DNA of 64,000 nucleotides from Camelus ferus (GCF_009834535.1 NC_045697.1:77750001-77814000), one strand, 5' to 3'. Numbered from the stretch's first letter, positions 11,611 through 24,595 are shown. Numbers and translations are program-made. Notes: a model not told the origin generated them from the letters alone.

Positions 11611-12492
11611 GATAAATCGCTGAGAAAGATTTTTTTCTCTGTGTATATATTTATATATTCATTTCTTGGTTCTCTTACATTCTGGAAAATGAAACAGAAA
11701 ATTATCTTTATATCATTTTAAAAAATTTATTTTATATTGAAGTATAGTTGACTTACAAAGTTAATTTCAGGTGTACAGCAAAGTGATTCAGTCATACATA
11801 TACATACAATATATGCATATATTTTCAGGTTCTTTTCCATTATAGCTTATTATAATAAATTGAATATAGTTCCCTGTGCTATAAGTAGGTCCTTGTTGTT
11901 TATTTATTGTAGATATAGTTATGTGTATCTGTTAATCCCAAACTCCTGATTTATCCCTTTTCCCATTACCCCTTTGGTAACCATAATTTGTTTTCCATGT
12001 CTGTGAGTCTATTTCTGATTTGTAAATAAAATTTGTATCTTTTTTCAGATTCCACATATAAGTGATGTCATATGATATTTGTCTTTGTCTGACTTACTTC
12101 ACTTATATGATATTTCAGGGTCCATCCGTGATGCTGCAAATGGGTTTATTTCATTATTTTTTATGGCTCAGTATTATTCCATTGTGTGTATGTACCACAT
12201 CTTCTTTATCCATTCATCTGTGGATAGACATTTAGGTTGCTTTCATGTCTTGGCTATTGTATAGTGCTACTATGACCATTGGGGTGCATGTATCTTTTCA
12301 AATTAGAGTTTTCTCTGGATATATGCCCAGGAGTGGGATTGTTGGATCATACGGTAACTCCATTTTTTGTGTTGTAAGGAATCTTCATACTGTTTTCCAT
12401 AGTGGCTGCACAAATTTACATTTCCACCAACAGTGTAAGAGGGTTCCTTTTTCTCCACACCCTCTCCAGCCTTTATTATTTGTGGACTTTTT

Positions 12493-15400
12493 TTTTTTTT
12501 TATGTTCACTTTATTTATTTATTTATTTGTTTATTTATTTATTTATTACATTTTTTTAATTGAGTAATAGTTATTTTACAATGTTGTGTCAAATTCTAGT
12601 ATAGAGCACAATTTTTCAGTCATACATGAACATGTATATATTCATTGTCACATTTTTTTTTTCACTATGAGCTACCACAAGATCTTGTATATTTTCCCCT
12701 GTGCTATACAGTATAATCTTGTTTATCTATTCTGCATTTTAAAATCCCAGTCTGTCCCTTCCCACCCTTCGCCCCCTTGGTAACAACTAGTTTCTATTCT
12801 ATGTCTATGAGTCTGTTTCTGTTTTGTATTTATGTTTTGTTTGTTTGTTTGTTTTTTTAGATTCCTCATATAAGCGATCTGATATGGTATTTTTCTTTCT
12901 TTCTAGCTTACTTCACTTGAATGACATTCTCCAGGAACATCCATGTTGCTGCAAATGGTGTTATGTTGTTGGTTTTTATGGCTGAATAGTATTTCATTGT
13001 ATAAATATACCACATCTTCTTTATCAGTCATCTATTGATGGACATCTAGGCTGCCTCCATGTCTTGGCTATTGTAAATAGTGCTGCTATGAACACTGGGG
13101 TGCAGGTGTCATTTTGAAGTAGGGTTCCTTCTGGATATATGCCCAGGAGCGGGATTCCTCAGTCACATGGTAAGTCTATTCCTAGTCTTTGGAGGAATCT
13201 CCATACTGTTTTCCACAGTGGCTTTCCTTGCTTCCCTCTCCCACTCTTAATGATTTAGATATCTTCTTTTACAATTTTGTGTTTATTCTTTTTATAATTC
13301 ATAGCAGTTATCTCCTTTCCAGTTATAAGTTTCTCATTTTTGTAGCATCCTGCTTCTTTTCTATTTAGAGTAGACCTATGAATATTTCTTTTAGCATGGG
13401 TTTAGTGTTGCTAAACTCTTTTAGTTTTTGCTTGTCTGTGAAGTTCTTTATCTCTCCTTCTATTCTAAAGGATAGCCTTGCTGGATAGAGCATCCTAGGC
13501 TGCATCTTTTTTTCATTCAGGACTTTGAATATGTCTTGCCACTCCCTTCTGGCCTGTAGTGTTTGTGTAGATAAATCAGCTGAGAGCCTTATGGGGGTTC
13601 CCTTGTAACTCACTCTTTGTTTTTCTCTTGCTGCCTTTAGGATCATTTCTTTATCCTTGACTCTGGCCATCTTGATTATGGTATGTCTTGGTGTGGGTCT
13701 GTTTGGGTTCTTCCTGTTTGGGACCCTCTGAGCCTCCTGTACTTGGATATCTGATTCTTTCTTTAGATTTGGGAAGTTTTCAGTCATGATTTCTTCAAAT
13801 ACCTTTCCAATCCCCTTTGTTCTTTCTTCCCCTTCTGGAACCCCTATTATGCGTAGATTGGCACGTTTTATATTATCCCATAGGTCCCTCATATTGTTTT
13901 CATTGTTTTTTATTTGTTTTTCTCTCAGCTGTTCTGATCGGGTGCTTTCTGTTGTCCTGTCTTCTAGGTCACTTAGTCGTTCCTCTGCATTATCTAGCCT
14001 GCTTTGTACAGCCTTTAGGTCAGATCTCATCTCAGCAAATCAGTTGACTAATTCTACTTGGTTCTTCTTTATAGCTTCTATTTCATTTTTTGACATATTT
14101 TATATCTCTAAACACTATTTCTTTTAGTTCCTTCAGTATTTTGATCACTCCTTTTTTGAAATCTTGATCTAGTAGGCCATCAATGTCTATTTCCTTGATC
14201 ATGCCTTCAGGGGATTTCTCTTCCTCTTTTAATTGGGAGTGGTTCCTCTGCTTCATATTGCTCATATCTCTCTGGCACTGTGGCTTAAGGAGTATCAGTT
14301 ATCTAGTTCTCCTAGAGATGCTGTGCTCTTAATGATTTTATTGAGAGATCTTTGTGTCTTTGTCCTGTTTCACGTACTCAGCTTGCTGTTTCCAGAGGCC
14401 CTCTGTTGGCACCCTCGTGTGTGCTGCTCCCAATGGCTATTGGCTAGCAGATCGTGCCCCCTCCTAACACTGAGTCAGGTGCTGAGCTCTTACCTGGTGG
14501 GCGGGTGGGTCACTCCCCCTTCCGATGCTGCAGTCAGATGCTGCGCTTGGGGGGAGGCAGGTGGGCGGATGGCACCCCCTCCCGGCACCATGGTCAGGTG
14601 CTGCATTCCTGCCAGAAAGGGGGGTGGCTGCCTGTCCTCCCCCGGCGCCGGTTGCTCCACTGCTCTGTGCAGCTGCCCAGAGCTCTGGTGGGAGCTCCAA
14701 AGGCAGGCTCTGGGAAGACCACAGAATGGCCCTGCCCCTGCTCCGTGCCAAATCTCAGCTCCTTGTTTGCCTTGGTGGTGCAAGTTCACTGAGGTGCCAA
14801 GGGAGAAAGATCCTATCTGCCTCGGGCTGTAAACAAGTCTCAGTCCTGTCCAGGAGGTTGCGGAGCCCCCGCATGCAGATTCAGGGTTCGCCCCCACCCC
14901 CTGCCCGGGCGCTGCACACAGGAGGAAATGGCAGCTGTGGCTGTGCCCGGCCTCTCTTCTCATGAGAAGCGCCAGTAATGGCGGTGCAGGTCTGAGGAGA
15001 CAAAGGCTATGGCGCCCCTCCACCCAGGGCACACCAGCAGTGTTGCTTTGCTTTTTTTGCTATTTATGGGGGACCGAGGATGTTCTGCTCCATATCCCCT
15101 CCCAGCCACAGCAGTGCAGACCCCTGCAGTCCCCCGGAGCTGCCTCAGTGCAGCTGCCCCAGTCCTCCACCCGGCTCGGGTGGCCTGTCCTGGCCCCAGC
15201 TGCCGGCTCGCATCTTGGGCTGGGTGTCGCGGGGACCCTCTGTGCCCGTTTAACTCAGTTCTGTCGGTCAAGGGGTGCTTGGGGCAGATCTGAGCCTCAG
15301 AGGCTCCCCCTCCGTCCTGCTGGCTTCTCCGTTGGAGAGGGGAGACCCAGCGAACGAGCACCAGTCCTCCTTTGCTGCTCCCTCCCCATGGGATTGGTCC

Positions 15401-15602
15401 CACACTGTTTTTCTTTTTCTTCTTTCTTTTTTCCTTTTCTCCTACCAGATTTTTGGTGTCTTTGTCTTTCGAAGAGGGTGATGTTCTGTCAGAGTTCGGC
15501 AGGTGCTCTGGCTGGCTGAGTAGCTCTGTAGATGTGAGTTTTGGTGTATTTGTGGGAGAGGGTGAGCTAAAAGCGTCCTTCTACTCTGCTATCTTGCTCG
15601 AG
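12493..15602 (-). mobile_element. Complete ~3.1 kb ORF1-only L1 derivative (HAL1-like) with TSD
   Basis: GC-rich 5'UTR 14270-15602, ORF1 14265-13365, short spacer, ORF2 C-terminal remnant from 13223, 3'UTR and poly(A). TSD attatt[c]tgtggacttttt at 12475-12492 and 15603-15621, at a TT/AAAA endonuclease site. Confidence 0.92.
13365..14265 (-). pseudogene. L1 ORF1p with two lesions: a +1 frameshift in the A-run near 14086-14091 and a TGA at 14040-14042
   Basis: N-terminal MSNMKQRNHSQLKE... (14083-14265) and a 221-aa open frame with RDLWDNIKRANLRIIGVPE, PTPRHTIIK, ARREWQDIF, YPARLSF. Confidence 0.95.
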
Positions 15603-16345
15603 ATTATTCTGTGGACTTTTTAATGATGCCCATTCTGACTGGTGTGAGGTGATACCTCATTGTAGTTTTGATTTGAGTTTCTTTAATAATGAGTGATATT
15701 GAGCATATTTTCATTTGCCTGTTGGCTATCTGCATGTCTTCTTTGGTGAAATGTCTATTTAGATCTTCTGCCCATTTTTTGATTGGGTTATTTATTTATT
15801 TATTTGGATATTGAGATGTATGAGCCATTTGTATATTTTGGAAATTAGGTCCTTATTGGTCACGCTATTTGTAAATATTTTCTCCCATTTCATTGGTTGT
15901 CTTTTCATTTTGTTTATGGTCTCTTTCACTGTGCAAAAGCTTTTAAGTTTAATTAGGTCCCATTAGCTTATTTTTACTTTTGTTTCAATTATTCTAGGAG
16001 ATGGATCCAAAAAAATATTGCTGCAATTTATGTCAAAGAGTGTTCTGCCTATGTTTTCCTCTAGGTGTTTTGTAGTATCCAGTCTTACACTTAGGTCTTT
16101 AATCTATTTTGAATTTATTTTTTTATGATGTTAGATAATGTCTAATTTCATTCTTTTACATGTAGCTGTCCAGCTTTTCCAGCATCCACTTATTGAAGAG
16201 ACTGTCTTTTCTCCATTGTATATTCTTGCCTCCTTTGTCTTGTTTAATTGATCATAAGTGTATCGGATTATTTCTGGGCTTTCTATCCTGTTCCATTGAT
16301 CTGTCTGTTTTTGTGCCAGTACCATACTGTTTTGATTACTGTAGC

Positions 16346-16915
16346 TTGTTATTATTTCTTTTCTTCTGCTCCTTTGGGTTTGTTTTGCTTCTATTTTTCT
16401 AGTTTCTTAAAGTGGAAACTTAAATTATTGATTTTAGATCTTTCTTCCTTTCTAACATGTGCATCAATGCTATAAATTTCCCTCTAATTAATGCCTTCAC
16501 TGCATCTCATAAATTTTGCTGTGTTTTCATCTTCATTTAGTTCAAAATATTTAAAAATTTCTTTTGATATGTCTTCTTTGATTCAAATATTTAGAAGTAT
16601 GCTGTTTAAGCTCCATGAATTTTGGAGTTTCCAGGTTATCTGTTATTGATTTCTGGCCTAATTCCATTGTGGTCTTAGAACAGACACTGTATGATTTCTA
16701 CTCTTTTAAATTTGTTAAGATGTGTTTTATGGCTCAGAATGTGGTCTATCTTGATGAATATTCCATATGAGCTTTAGAAGAATATGTATTCTGCTGTGGT
16801 TGAATGACATAGCCTATAGATGTCAATAGTATTGATTGATGGTGTTGTTGAGTTCAACAGTGTCCTTAGTGACTTTCTGCCTGTTGGATTTGTTAATTTA
16901 TGAAAGAGTAGTGTA
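16346..16915 (-). mobile_element. Older L1 ORF2 endonuclease-region fragment
   Basis: ttccattgtggtc...aagaatatgtattctgctgtggttgaatg matches the L1 EN domain in reverse. Confidence 0.75.
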
Positions 16916-17667
16916 ACTAGTTTTCAGCTTCATCATGCTGTAACACTGTATAAGCAGCTTCTTTCCTTTTATTGCTGAATAGTATTCTACTGTGGATCTA
17001 TATTTTGTTTATTTATCCCCATCAGCAATATGTGAGCATGTCCATTTCACAGGAACTGGCATCCTCTTTAAAACAACAAATTAATAGATGCTTCAATTGT
17101 GAAATGTCATAATTTCTGCTTTAGTCGCCTATAATTTTGCCCTTATATATAGCCAGGGTGTTCTCATCTGTGAGAGTGTATCATAAGCATTTTTTTCCCC
17201 TAAACCCATGCAATTCTTGAATAAAATCTTCATAAATCCTTTATGGAAGCACTCAATTTTTGTTGGAGTATTAAAAAAAGTTGCTCTGATATGCATAATA
17301 TTTCCTCCTGGAAGTGTGGATTAGTTGATGTTGACTAAAACAAGTGAGCCAATTAAGATGTGGTGATACAGTTAAAGTCCTTATCTGTATTTTACTGATT
17401 AAAAATTTTTATATTATCTCAGCCAATCCTTGTATCAGCCCTACAAGGTAAGTGGAAAAGATATTTTAACCCTCTACAGGTAATGAAACAAATTAAGAAA
17501 AGTTAAGAGCTAAAATCTGATAGAGCCAAAACTCAAATCCAAGTGCCTCAAGTGCTTTTTATATTTCAATCAAACTTTATTGCCCATTCTCCATGGTGTC
17601 TACCATAGTGTTAGTGGTGTGTATGTGGTAATTCCAATCAAAGAGAACAGCATATATAAAACTAGAA

Positions 17668-17831
17668 AAGACTGGCCACATAATTTGTGGGGTCCAGTGA
17701 AAATCGTATTATTAAAAAATTATTAAGAATTTCAACATGCTGACATCAGTCTTATACCAAGTGTAGAGCCCTTGTAAGATGGGATCTTTTGAGGTGTTTC
17801 ATGGGCCTTGGGTGCCATGAAGTTGGCCATG
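17668..17831. mobile_element. MER45A-like hAT-Tip100 element
   Basis: cacataatttgtggggtccagtg...aaaaattattaagaatttcaa...catgaagttggccatg. Confidence 0.7.
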
Positions 17832-19577
17832 AAGCTTGTGAAAGAATGCCCTATTCAGGCAACCACTAGTAAGAATGGAGTGTCAGATATTGTGGAGGTA
17901 GAAAAGTGAGGCAGAGTAGATAGGTGGGGGTGATAATTGACAGAACCCAAAGTACTAAAATTTTGTTCTATACTAATATTCTCAATTTATCCCAAAGGCA
18001 GCGGAAGTCACCGAATAATTTTAATTGGAAGAATTGCAACTAAATTTATATTTTAGAAAAATCAGCCTGATGTAAATTTCAAGGATGGATTTTTAAGGGT
18101 GAAACTGAAAGGAAGATGAATAGGAAAGAAATATTGTCATCAGAAAATGTAAGGGCCTCAAGGCAATGGGACTTGAAATGCAGAAGAGTCAGATGTGCAA
18201 GCTACTGCTCCTTAAAGGTAGGCACTTGTCTTATCTTTGAACCTGTTAGGACCACCAGCTCAGCTCTTATACCTCCTTGTGCCTTAGCTTGGAAAGTCCC
18301 TCCAGACAGAAAGCCGGGAATTCATTATAAGCTTCATCATTTTTCTGTCCCCTCTTTTAGGAAGCACAGTTTCATTCTGCCAATGTCTAAAAGCAATCAT
18401 TTCTTATATTTTCTCAAGTTTTAAAATTTCTGCAGGGGCGAGGGGAACTAAATAAGAAAGCATTTAAAAATATTAAAATTAGGTGTCAAGTTGCCTTTTT
18501 ATATTTTTATCATTTGGAAATGGAGAGAATTCCCAACTTCTTGCAATTACCTGACTAAATATCTAATTAAATGATAAAGCTGTTTCCCCATGAATATCAT
18601 GTATAGCTTGTAACCAGGAGACCATGTAGCTGTGTAATGGTAGCACATGTTAAGTGTTTATTTGGACTTGGCCTAGAAATATTGTATGAAATTTTCTGTT
18701 CCTTAAGAGATCTCTAGTGCTTTCTCCTCGTGCAAGAGAACTTCCATTTTATTATTAGAGACCTTGTCCTTTGGCCTCTGGTTCCACCAAAGCACCAGCC
18801 TTTGCTCCGATAACTTCTATCCTGTAATTAAAGAAAGCTGACACTATTTGTAATACTGTAATCAACTCCTGCCCATTGAGCTCTACCTTTGCTAAGATAA
18901 TGGTCTATAAGATTCATATGAGAACGCGTAAGCCTTAAATCAACCAGCCTGCACTGGTTCAGCAGTTCTATATGCTTGCACTCGTACTTATTAGTTTTAT
19001 AGGAGCAAATCTATCCAGGCTGTAAGTTAACTATAATTAGATATTGTATGAAGAAAAAGGTGTTGCCGTAAATACATGAAAACAGAAGAAAAGATGTTGC
19101 ATTGCACTGTGTTTTTGAAACATCAACTTTTTCAGAGGAAAATTATTTTTCAAGAAGAAAAAAACTGTAGCTATACTCTGGACCACCATATTCCATAATT
19201 CCACTGCTTCTCTATAACACACAGTTTTTTGGCTTTGACTCCAACTTCAGATTTCCAGGTTAAGCTCCCCAGGAGTCATTGTTTTCTTAGCAATTAGGAT
19301 ATGATGTCATTAGGTAACAACAGATATGTCGTCTAATAAACATTTAACAAATACTTACTGCATGCCTACTATGTGTAAGCTATTATTCTGGGTGCAAATG
19401 TTACCTGTGATTTTTACAAATCAAAAGCAAATAATCATTTTAAAAGCAGTTTGTTTTCTTTACAGAACCTAATATAGCAAATTAATTTTAAATGAAGCTG
19501 GTTTTGACTGAAGACAATCTGGAGCAATTCAGACCCCAGGAGGCCCCAGTGATTGTGTCTGATGCTGGCTTAGGCCC

Positions 19578-19640
19578 AGTATTAGGCAGGGTTATCCAGA
19601 GAAACAGAACAAATAGACTATAGATATAGATTATAGATGT
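19578..19640. mobile_element. MLT2 (ERVL) LTR terminal fragment
   Basis: gtattaggcagggttatccagagaaacagaacaaataga. Confidence 0.55.
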
Positions 19641-19929
19641 ATCTTTAGTAGATACATTTCCACTATTCCTTTTTATTACTAGATAGTGTAATGTTGAAGA
19701 TAATCTATGTCAGCTCCTCTGACACAAAGTAAGCATTCAGTCAATACTAGCTCTTGTATTAATTCTTAACAACTATTATTCTTCACTCAGTTCTAGGAGC
19801 TGGTTGGCAAAGGCAGCTGAGACAGGAGAGACTTCTGGGGATAAATGCTGACAGATAAGGACAGCAATTAGCATGTAGTAACTGCTCTTCAAAAACCCCA
19901 GGCTTAGAAGTGTGTTTATATCATCATGA

Positions 19930-20520
19930 GGTAAGATGTTCAAGGAACAGCAAGAGGGCTAACATGGCTTGAATGGCAGGAGCAAAGAGGAACTAGATAA
20001 GAGGTGAAATTGGGAGGTAGTCAGGGGCATACGGTGTTAAGTCCATGTGGATCATGGCAAGAACCTAACGTTTTGTTCAAAGTATGAAGGAAAGCTATTG
20101 GATGAATTTGAGGAGAATTCTGTTATGACCTGATTGATATTTTTAAAAAGACTGTTTCAAATTTCGTAAAGAATGGATTACAGAGGGAAAGGTAGGAGCA
20201 TAAAGACAGAGAGAAGGGCTGTGGCAGTGATCTGTGAGGGCTACTCTAACAGCCTGTACTGAAGAGGTAGGGGTGCAGTGAAAGAAGCAGTTGCAATCCT
20301 GGTGCTCACATACAGTACTGCTAATAGGACTTCCTGATGGGTTAAATTAAGCTGGGAGAAAAGTCAAGATGATGCTTAATTTATAGCCTAAGCAACGGGG
20401 TTTAGGAGTGTCATTAATTGAAATTGGATAGAATATGTGAGAAGCAGACTTTGGGGGAGGAAGATCAAGAGTTATGCTCTGGCCGTGACATGTACGAGAC
20501 ACCTATCTGACCATGGCTTC
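19930..20520 (-). mobile_element. L2 fragment
   Basis: gatgttcaaggaacagcaagaggg...aagatcaagagttatgctctggcc. Confidence 0.65.
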
Positions 20521-20529
20521 GGATACGAG

Positions 20530-20995
20530 TAGATATGGGTATACAGTAGCTTAGATAAAACGGGATTTTATTTTTCTCTATCACAAGTTTGGGGACAGAC
20601 AACCCAAGCATTGTAAAGCAGCTCTGCTCCAAGAAAGTCCCTAGAATTTAAGGCTGTTTCCAGCTTTCCAATCTTCTATGCCTTGGGAATGGCCTTCAGG
20701 AACTACTTTGATTTTGCATAATTATATTCATGTTCAGGGGGCAGGAATGCAGAAGGAAGAATTTGCAAAAGACATGTGTTAGCTGGCTCCTAAGGAACAT
20801 TCTTGGTAGCTGGCTCAAGACACTTTAACTTAACAATTTAGTCCTTTAAATCAATCACATGGTCACACCTAGCTATAAGGCAGGGGGATCTGGCAAATGG
20901 AGTTTTTATTCTGGGTATCATGTGCCCAGCTGAAAGTTCTATTACTGAAGAGAAAGGGGAGAATGGATATTGGAAGAAAATCAACAAATTTCCAC
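20530..20995. mobile_element. Old MLT1-type LTR
   Basis: tcacatggtcacacctagctataaggcagggggatctggcaaatggagtttttattctggg. Confidence 0.65.
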
Positions 20996-23807
20996 CACAC
21001 CTGACTTGTCCTCTCTCTATTTCTCAGGACCTCCATATCGCTAAATTTACTGGGCTATTTAAGACCTCACCTCATTTGACTTCTCAGTACATTCTACACT
21101 GTTGGTAGTTTCTTTCTCAAAACACATGCATCCTTTGGTTTCTGTGTCACAGTCTTCCCATGTCTTGTGTCTTCTTGTTGTTGTTTTCTTCATGTTGTTT
21201 TCAGTCCTCCAGATTGACCTCTCATCTCCAAAGGTAAGTTAAGGGTTCATGAAAGGGACACCACTCTAGGTGTCAGCCTCCTTTTGGGTGACTTCTCCAG
21301 GTCCTGGTTGCTCTTCTTATCCCAAGACCTGTGCATTTGGCACTAGTTCAAGACTAGTTCTTAAGGATTCAGTCTCTCAATAAGAAGGAGGGTCATTGTG
21401 TTGTTCTCAAATCCTAACTGGATTTATTCATGGCTAAATTTGGTCATATCAGGAAGCGGAGAGAAAGACATTAGTGATTATAATCCAAGGACTACCCCCA
21501 ACAGACAGGTCAAGTGGTGTGCTGCGAGCAATACTTACATGTTCCTATTTGAGAGTCCCTCCCCAAACTGCTCATCACTAAGCAGTAGTCCACTCCTGAC
21601 CGGCTGCTCATTTCTTTCTCAAATTTGTCTTTGGGATTAAACAATAAAGAAATAGATATTGTTTTCAGATAGTCCTTGTTAAAACATTACCTGAGAAGTA
21701 TAAGACTTCAGGCGGGCTTACAAATGAAAACATATTATGGTTTAATTTGGCTCCTTTTGAGTTCCTGACACTATGTGAAGTAGTGTCACAACGCAGGGAT
21801 AGCCCAGAGTAATTCTGTCTCAAAGAATAGTGTTGAAACTTGCTTGTTTCCCATCGATGTTATCAGCACTCATTATAAAATATCTTCTATCGCCAAGATT
21901 AGAATCCTGTTTAAAAAACAAAGATGAGTGGCTGCAGGCAGGGCACATCAACTTTTAAGTTCAACAGCCAATTCAAAACAGCACCTGGTGCTTTAGAGTG
22001 GCTACCTCAAAGCGTAATGAATTTTTGTGCCTGGGGTCCACGAATCATGGGCTAGTTTTCTTGGCTACTTTGTGGGATCCAGTTTTTTGCTCATCTCAGA
22101 TCTGCTTCTTGAGGGGTGATGGCCCTCATTACTATTAAACACAGCAGACCTCCTGCCAATGGCCACTGAGGGCATGACCTCCAATGTCAACTATTACTTT
22201 TACTTATGTCTTCCACACTTGATGTCAAGAGCCTTCATGCTGGTGTAAGGGTGCTATCCTTTGAGGCCGACAGCCCTGTCTCTGGCCACTATTCACACTT
22301 CTATCTCCAAATCAGCAGCTGTGTTGTCACTTCAGATAGTTTGCTCAACAGTTCTAATGTTTTCTTTTTTGTAGCTCCCTCATGCTAAGATTCAGAGAAA
22401 TCTGTGGGGATTGGACAGAAGTGCAATTGATTCAGTTATTCAACAAATATTTACTGAGCACCTACAATGTACTCATATTGTTTTAGATTTTAAGGACACA
22501 TCCGTGAACAAAATAGATGAACTTATGTTCTTGTCGACAGTGTGGGAGCAGAAAATAAACATATGACAAATGTGTTCAATTTCAGTTCCTTTCTTTCTTT
22601 AGAAACATCCTCATTGTTCTTGAAACTTGTGAGCCTTGATGCTTTCTTACCTAAAAAATTAGTTATCTTTCAGGAGGGCCTTGGCTCCTCATATAAATAG
22701 ACTCATGATGGCTTACTCCACCTGAAATTAGGTACAGAAGCACAGAATAAGTTAGACTGAGACCCCTGCTACATAACAAAGTGAGAGTTTGAAACAAAAG
22801 AAATGTGCTGAGTATCTCATATTTTATAGAATACATAAACACCATCCAAAATAAACATACCAGGTAAACTGGTCACTTTGGAGGTGAAAGGATTTTTATT
22901 TACCAAATCTAATGTATAACTTTTAGAGGACATTGCTGGCTATTGGTCTGTCAACCTCAGAACCTCTCTGATTTTAGAGATCTCCTCGGGGACACATTGC
23001 AGAATTGCCTTATATGTGTAGTTTCAAATGAAACCTTTCAAAGACGTTTCCCAGTTGAACACAGTGGATGTTTTTAGAAGCCTTAGTTGATGACGCAGCT
23101 TCACTTCATGTTGCAGACATTTAAGAGAGCATCTTCTAAAATGAAACTTTGTGAAGCAGAGTACACTTGGCAACAGGGTCAGCAGAACTCAGGAAATAGT
23201 CTCCCTAAGATGTCTGCAGGCCAGTTCCGATGTACCAACACTTGTCAACACTTGCTGAGCTACCAAAGCTCTATTTGTAGTTTCAAGGGTTCAGAGTAAG
23301 ATGTCTACGACCGAGAGGGGCATCTTGAAGAAACAGTCCTCATGATATCCATTATCAAATTCTAGTGAATGCCACTGACTCTCATATCACTTGGATTAAA
23401 GCAATTTATGTTATTTACAAGACTGGGAAGCCTCAGGGTTGTATCAAATTTATACAGTGCAGGATATGATGCACTTTCCCTGAAGGCTTGCACTCTCAAC
23501 TGGCTCTGTGCTTGGTGAAAAATCAGTAAAATATGGCAGTTTCTTGCAAAGCCACTTACTGGTGTTGTTAAGGCCTTCATGCTTTAAGATGAATGAACCA
23601 TGGTTTGATGCTGTTGAAAGGTACGAATGTGCAGGGCATATTCCCCATAAGCCCAGGCATCCCAAGGTCATGCATTAATTCATTCAACAAATATTTATTG
23701 AGTGTCTACTATGTGCCAGGCACTGCTTGAGGGGGTCGGGACACAGCAGTGAGCAATACTGACAAACATCTCTGCTCTTAAGGTGTTTACATTCTAGTTG
23801 GGGAGAC

Positions 23808-24025
23808 CAGGGCTGACTTTTCCATTAGGAAGAATAAGCACAGTGCCTAGGACTCACACAATTGTTTTAGTTTTAAGTTCTTTAAAATCAGAAGAAAAAA
23901 ATAATGAATTGAGCCTGGTTTATATTTCTTTATACCAATAGAGTCAATGTTCGATTTTTTTTTGTGCAAGAAGGGGCTCATGAAAGCAAAAAATGCCTAG
24001 GGTCCATGGCAGTCATATGCAGCCA
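23808..24025. mobile_element. MER96B-like hAT element with an 8-bp TSD
   Basis: Starts cagggctg. TSD ggggagac at 23800-23807 and 24026-24033. Confidence 0.75.
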
Positions 24026-24595
24026 GGGGAGACAGACAATAATCAAGATTTAAAAAATAAAGATATATAGTGTATTTGAGAAAAAAATAAATCAAGGAAT
24101 AGGAATTAAAAGTGATAGGGGAAGGGGAGTTGAAATTTTAGATAGAGTGCCCCAGGAATAAAGTTTCCTTGAATAGATGACATTTGAGCAGACCTGAGAG
24201 AGGTAAGTGAGTGAGGTGTTTGAAATATAGACAGAGATTATTCTTGCGAGAAGGAACAGCAAGTGCCCAGGCCCTGAAGTGAGAACATGCCTGATGTTTG
24301 GATAACAGAAGGAGGCTGGTATGACTAGAGAGTATAAACAAAGAGAAAAACAAAGGGGAGGCTGGCTCAGGCGGACTTAAGGATATAGTAAGAACTCTGA
24401 CTTACATTTTGGCCTGAATTATATTTTAAAGGGATCTCTCTGGGTATTGTGTTGAGAATAGATAGAAGGGGAGCACAAAGGGAAGGTAGAAGACCAGTTA
24501 GGAAGCCGTGGTCATAGTCCAAGTGAGCAATAATGGCCACACAGGGTATCTGCAAGTGCAGGTGATGAGAGATGGATGGATTCTGTAAGTATTTT

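Larger units (their letters stand above)
11722..16345 (-). mobile_element. 5'-truncated lineage-specific L1 (3'UTR and ORF2 C-terminus), split by the insertion at 12493-15602
   Basis: 3'UTR and ORF2 end at 11722-12492. ORF2 resumes contiguously at 15603-16345 (QWNRIESPEI...SWTATCKRMKLD). Confidence 0.9.

Noticed and set aside
14233..15623. Many overlapping 100-200 aa ORFs on both strands
   Set aside because: They lie in the GC-rich L1 5'UTR, where stop codons are rare, and show no recognisable protein homology.
18755..18821. Minus-strand acceptor (ctttctttaattacag) followed by a short frame IEVIGAKAGALVEPEAKGQGL*
   Set aside because: Too short and unrecognised. Such motifs occur by chance.
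23087..23299. 70-aa ORF bounded by a possible acceptor (ttgcag) and donor (gtaaga)
   Set aside because: No recognisable homology, a weak polypyrimidine tract and no partner exons, so it cannot be supported without RNA data.
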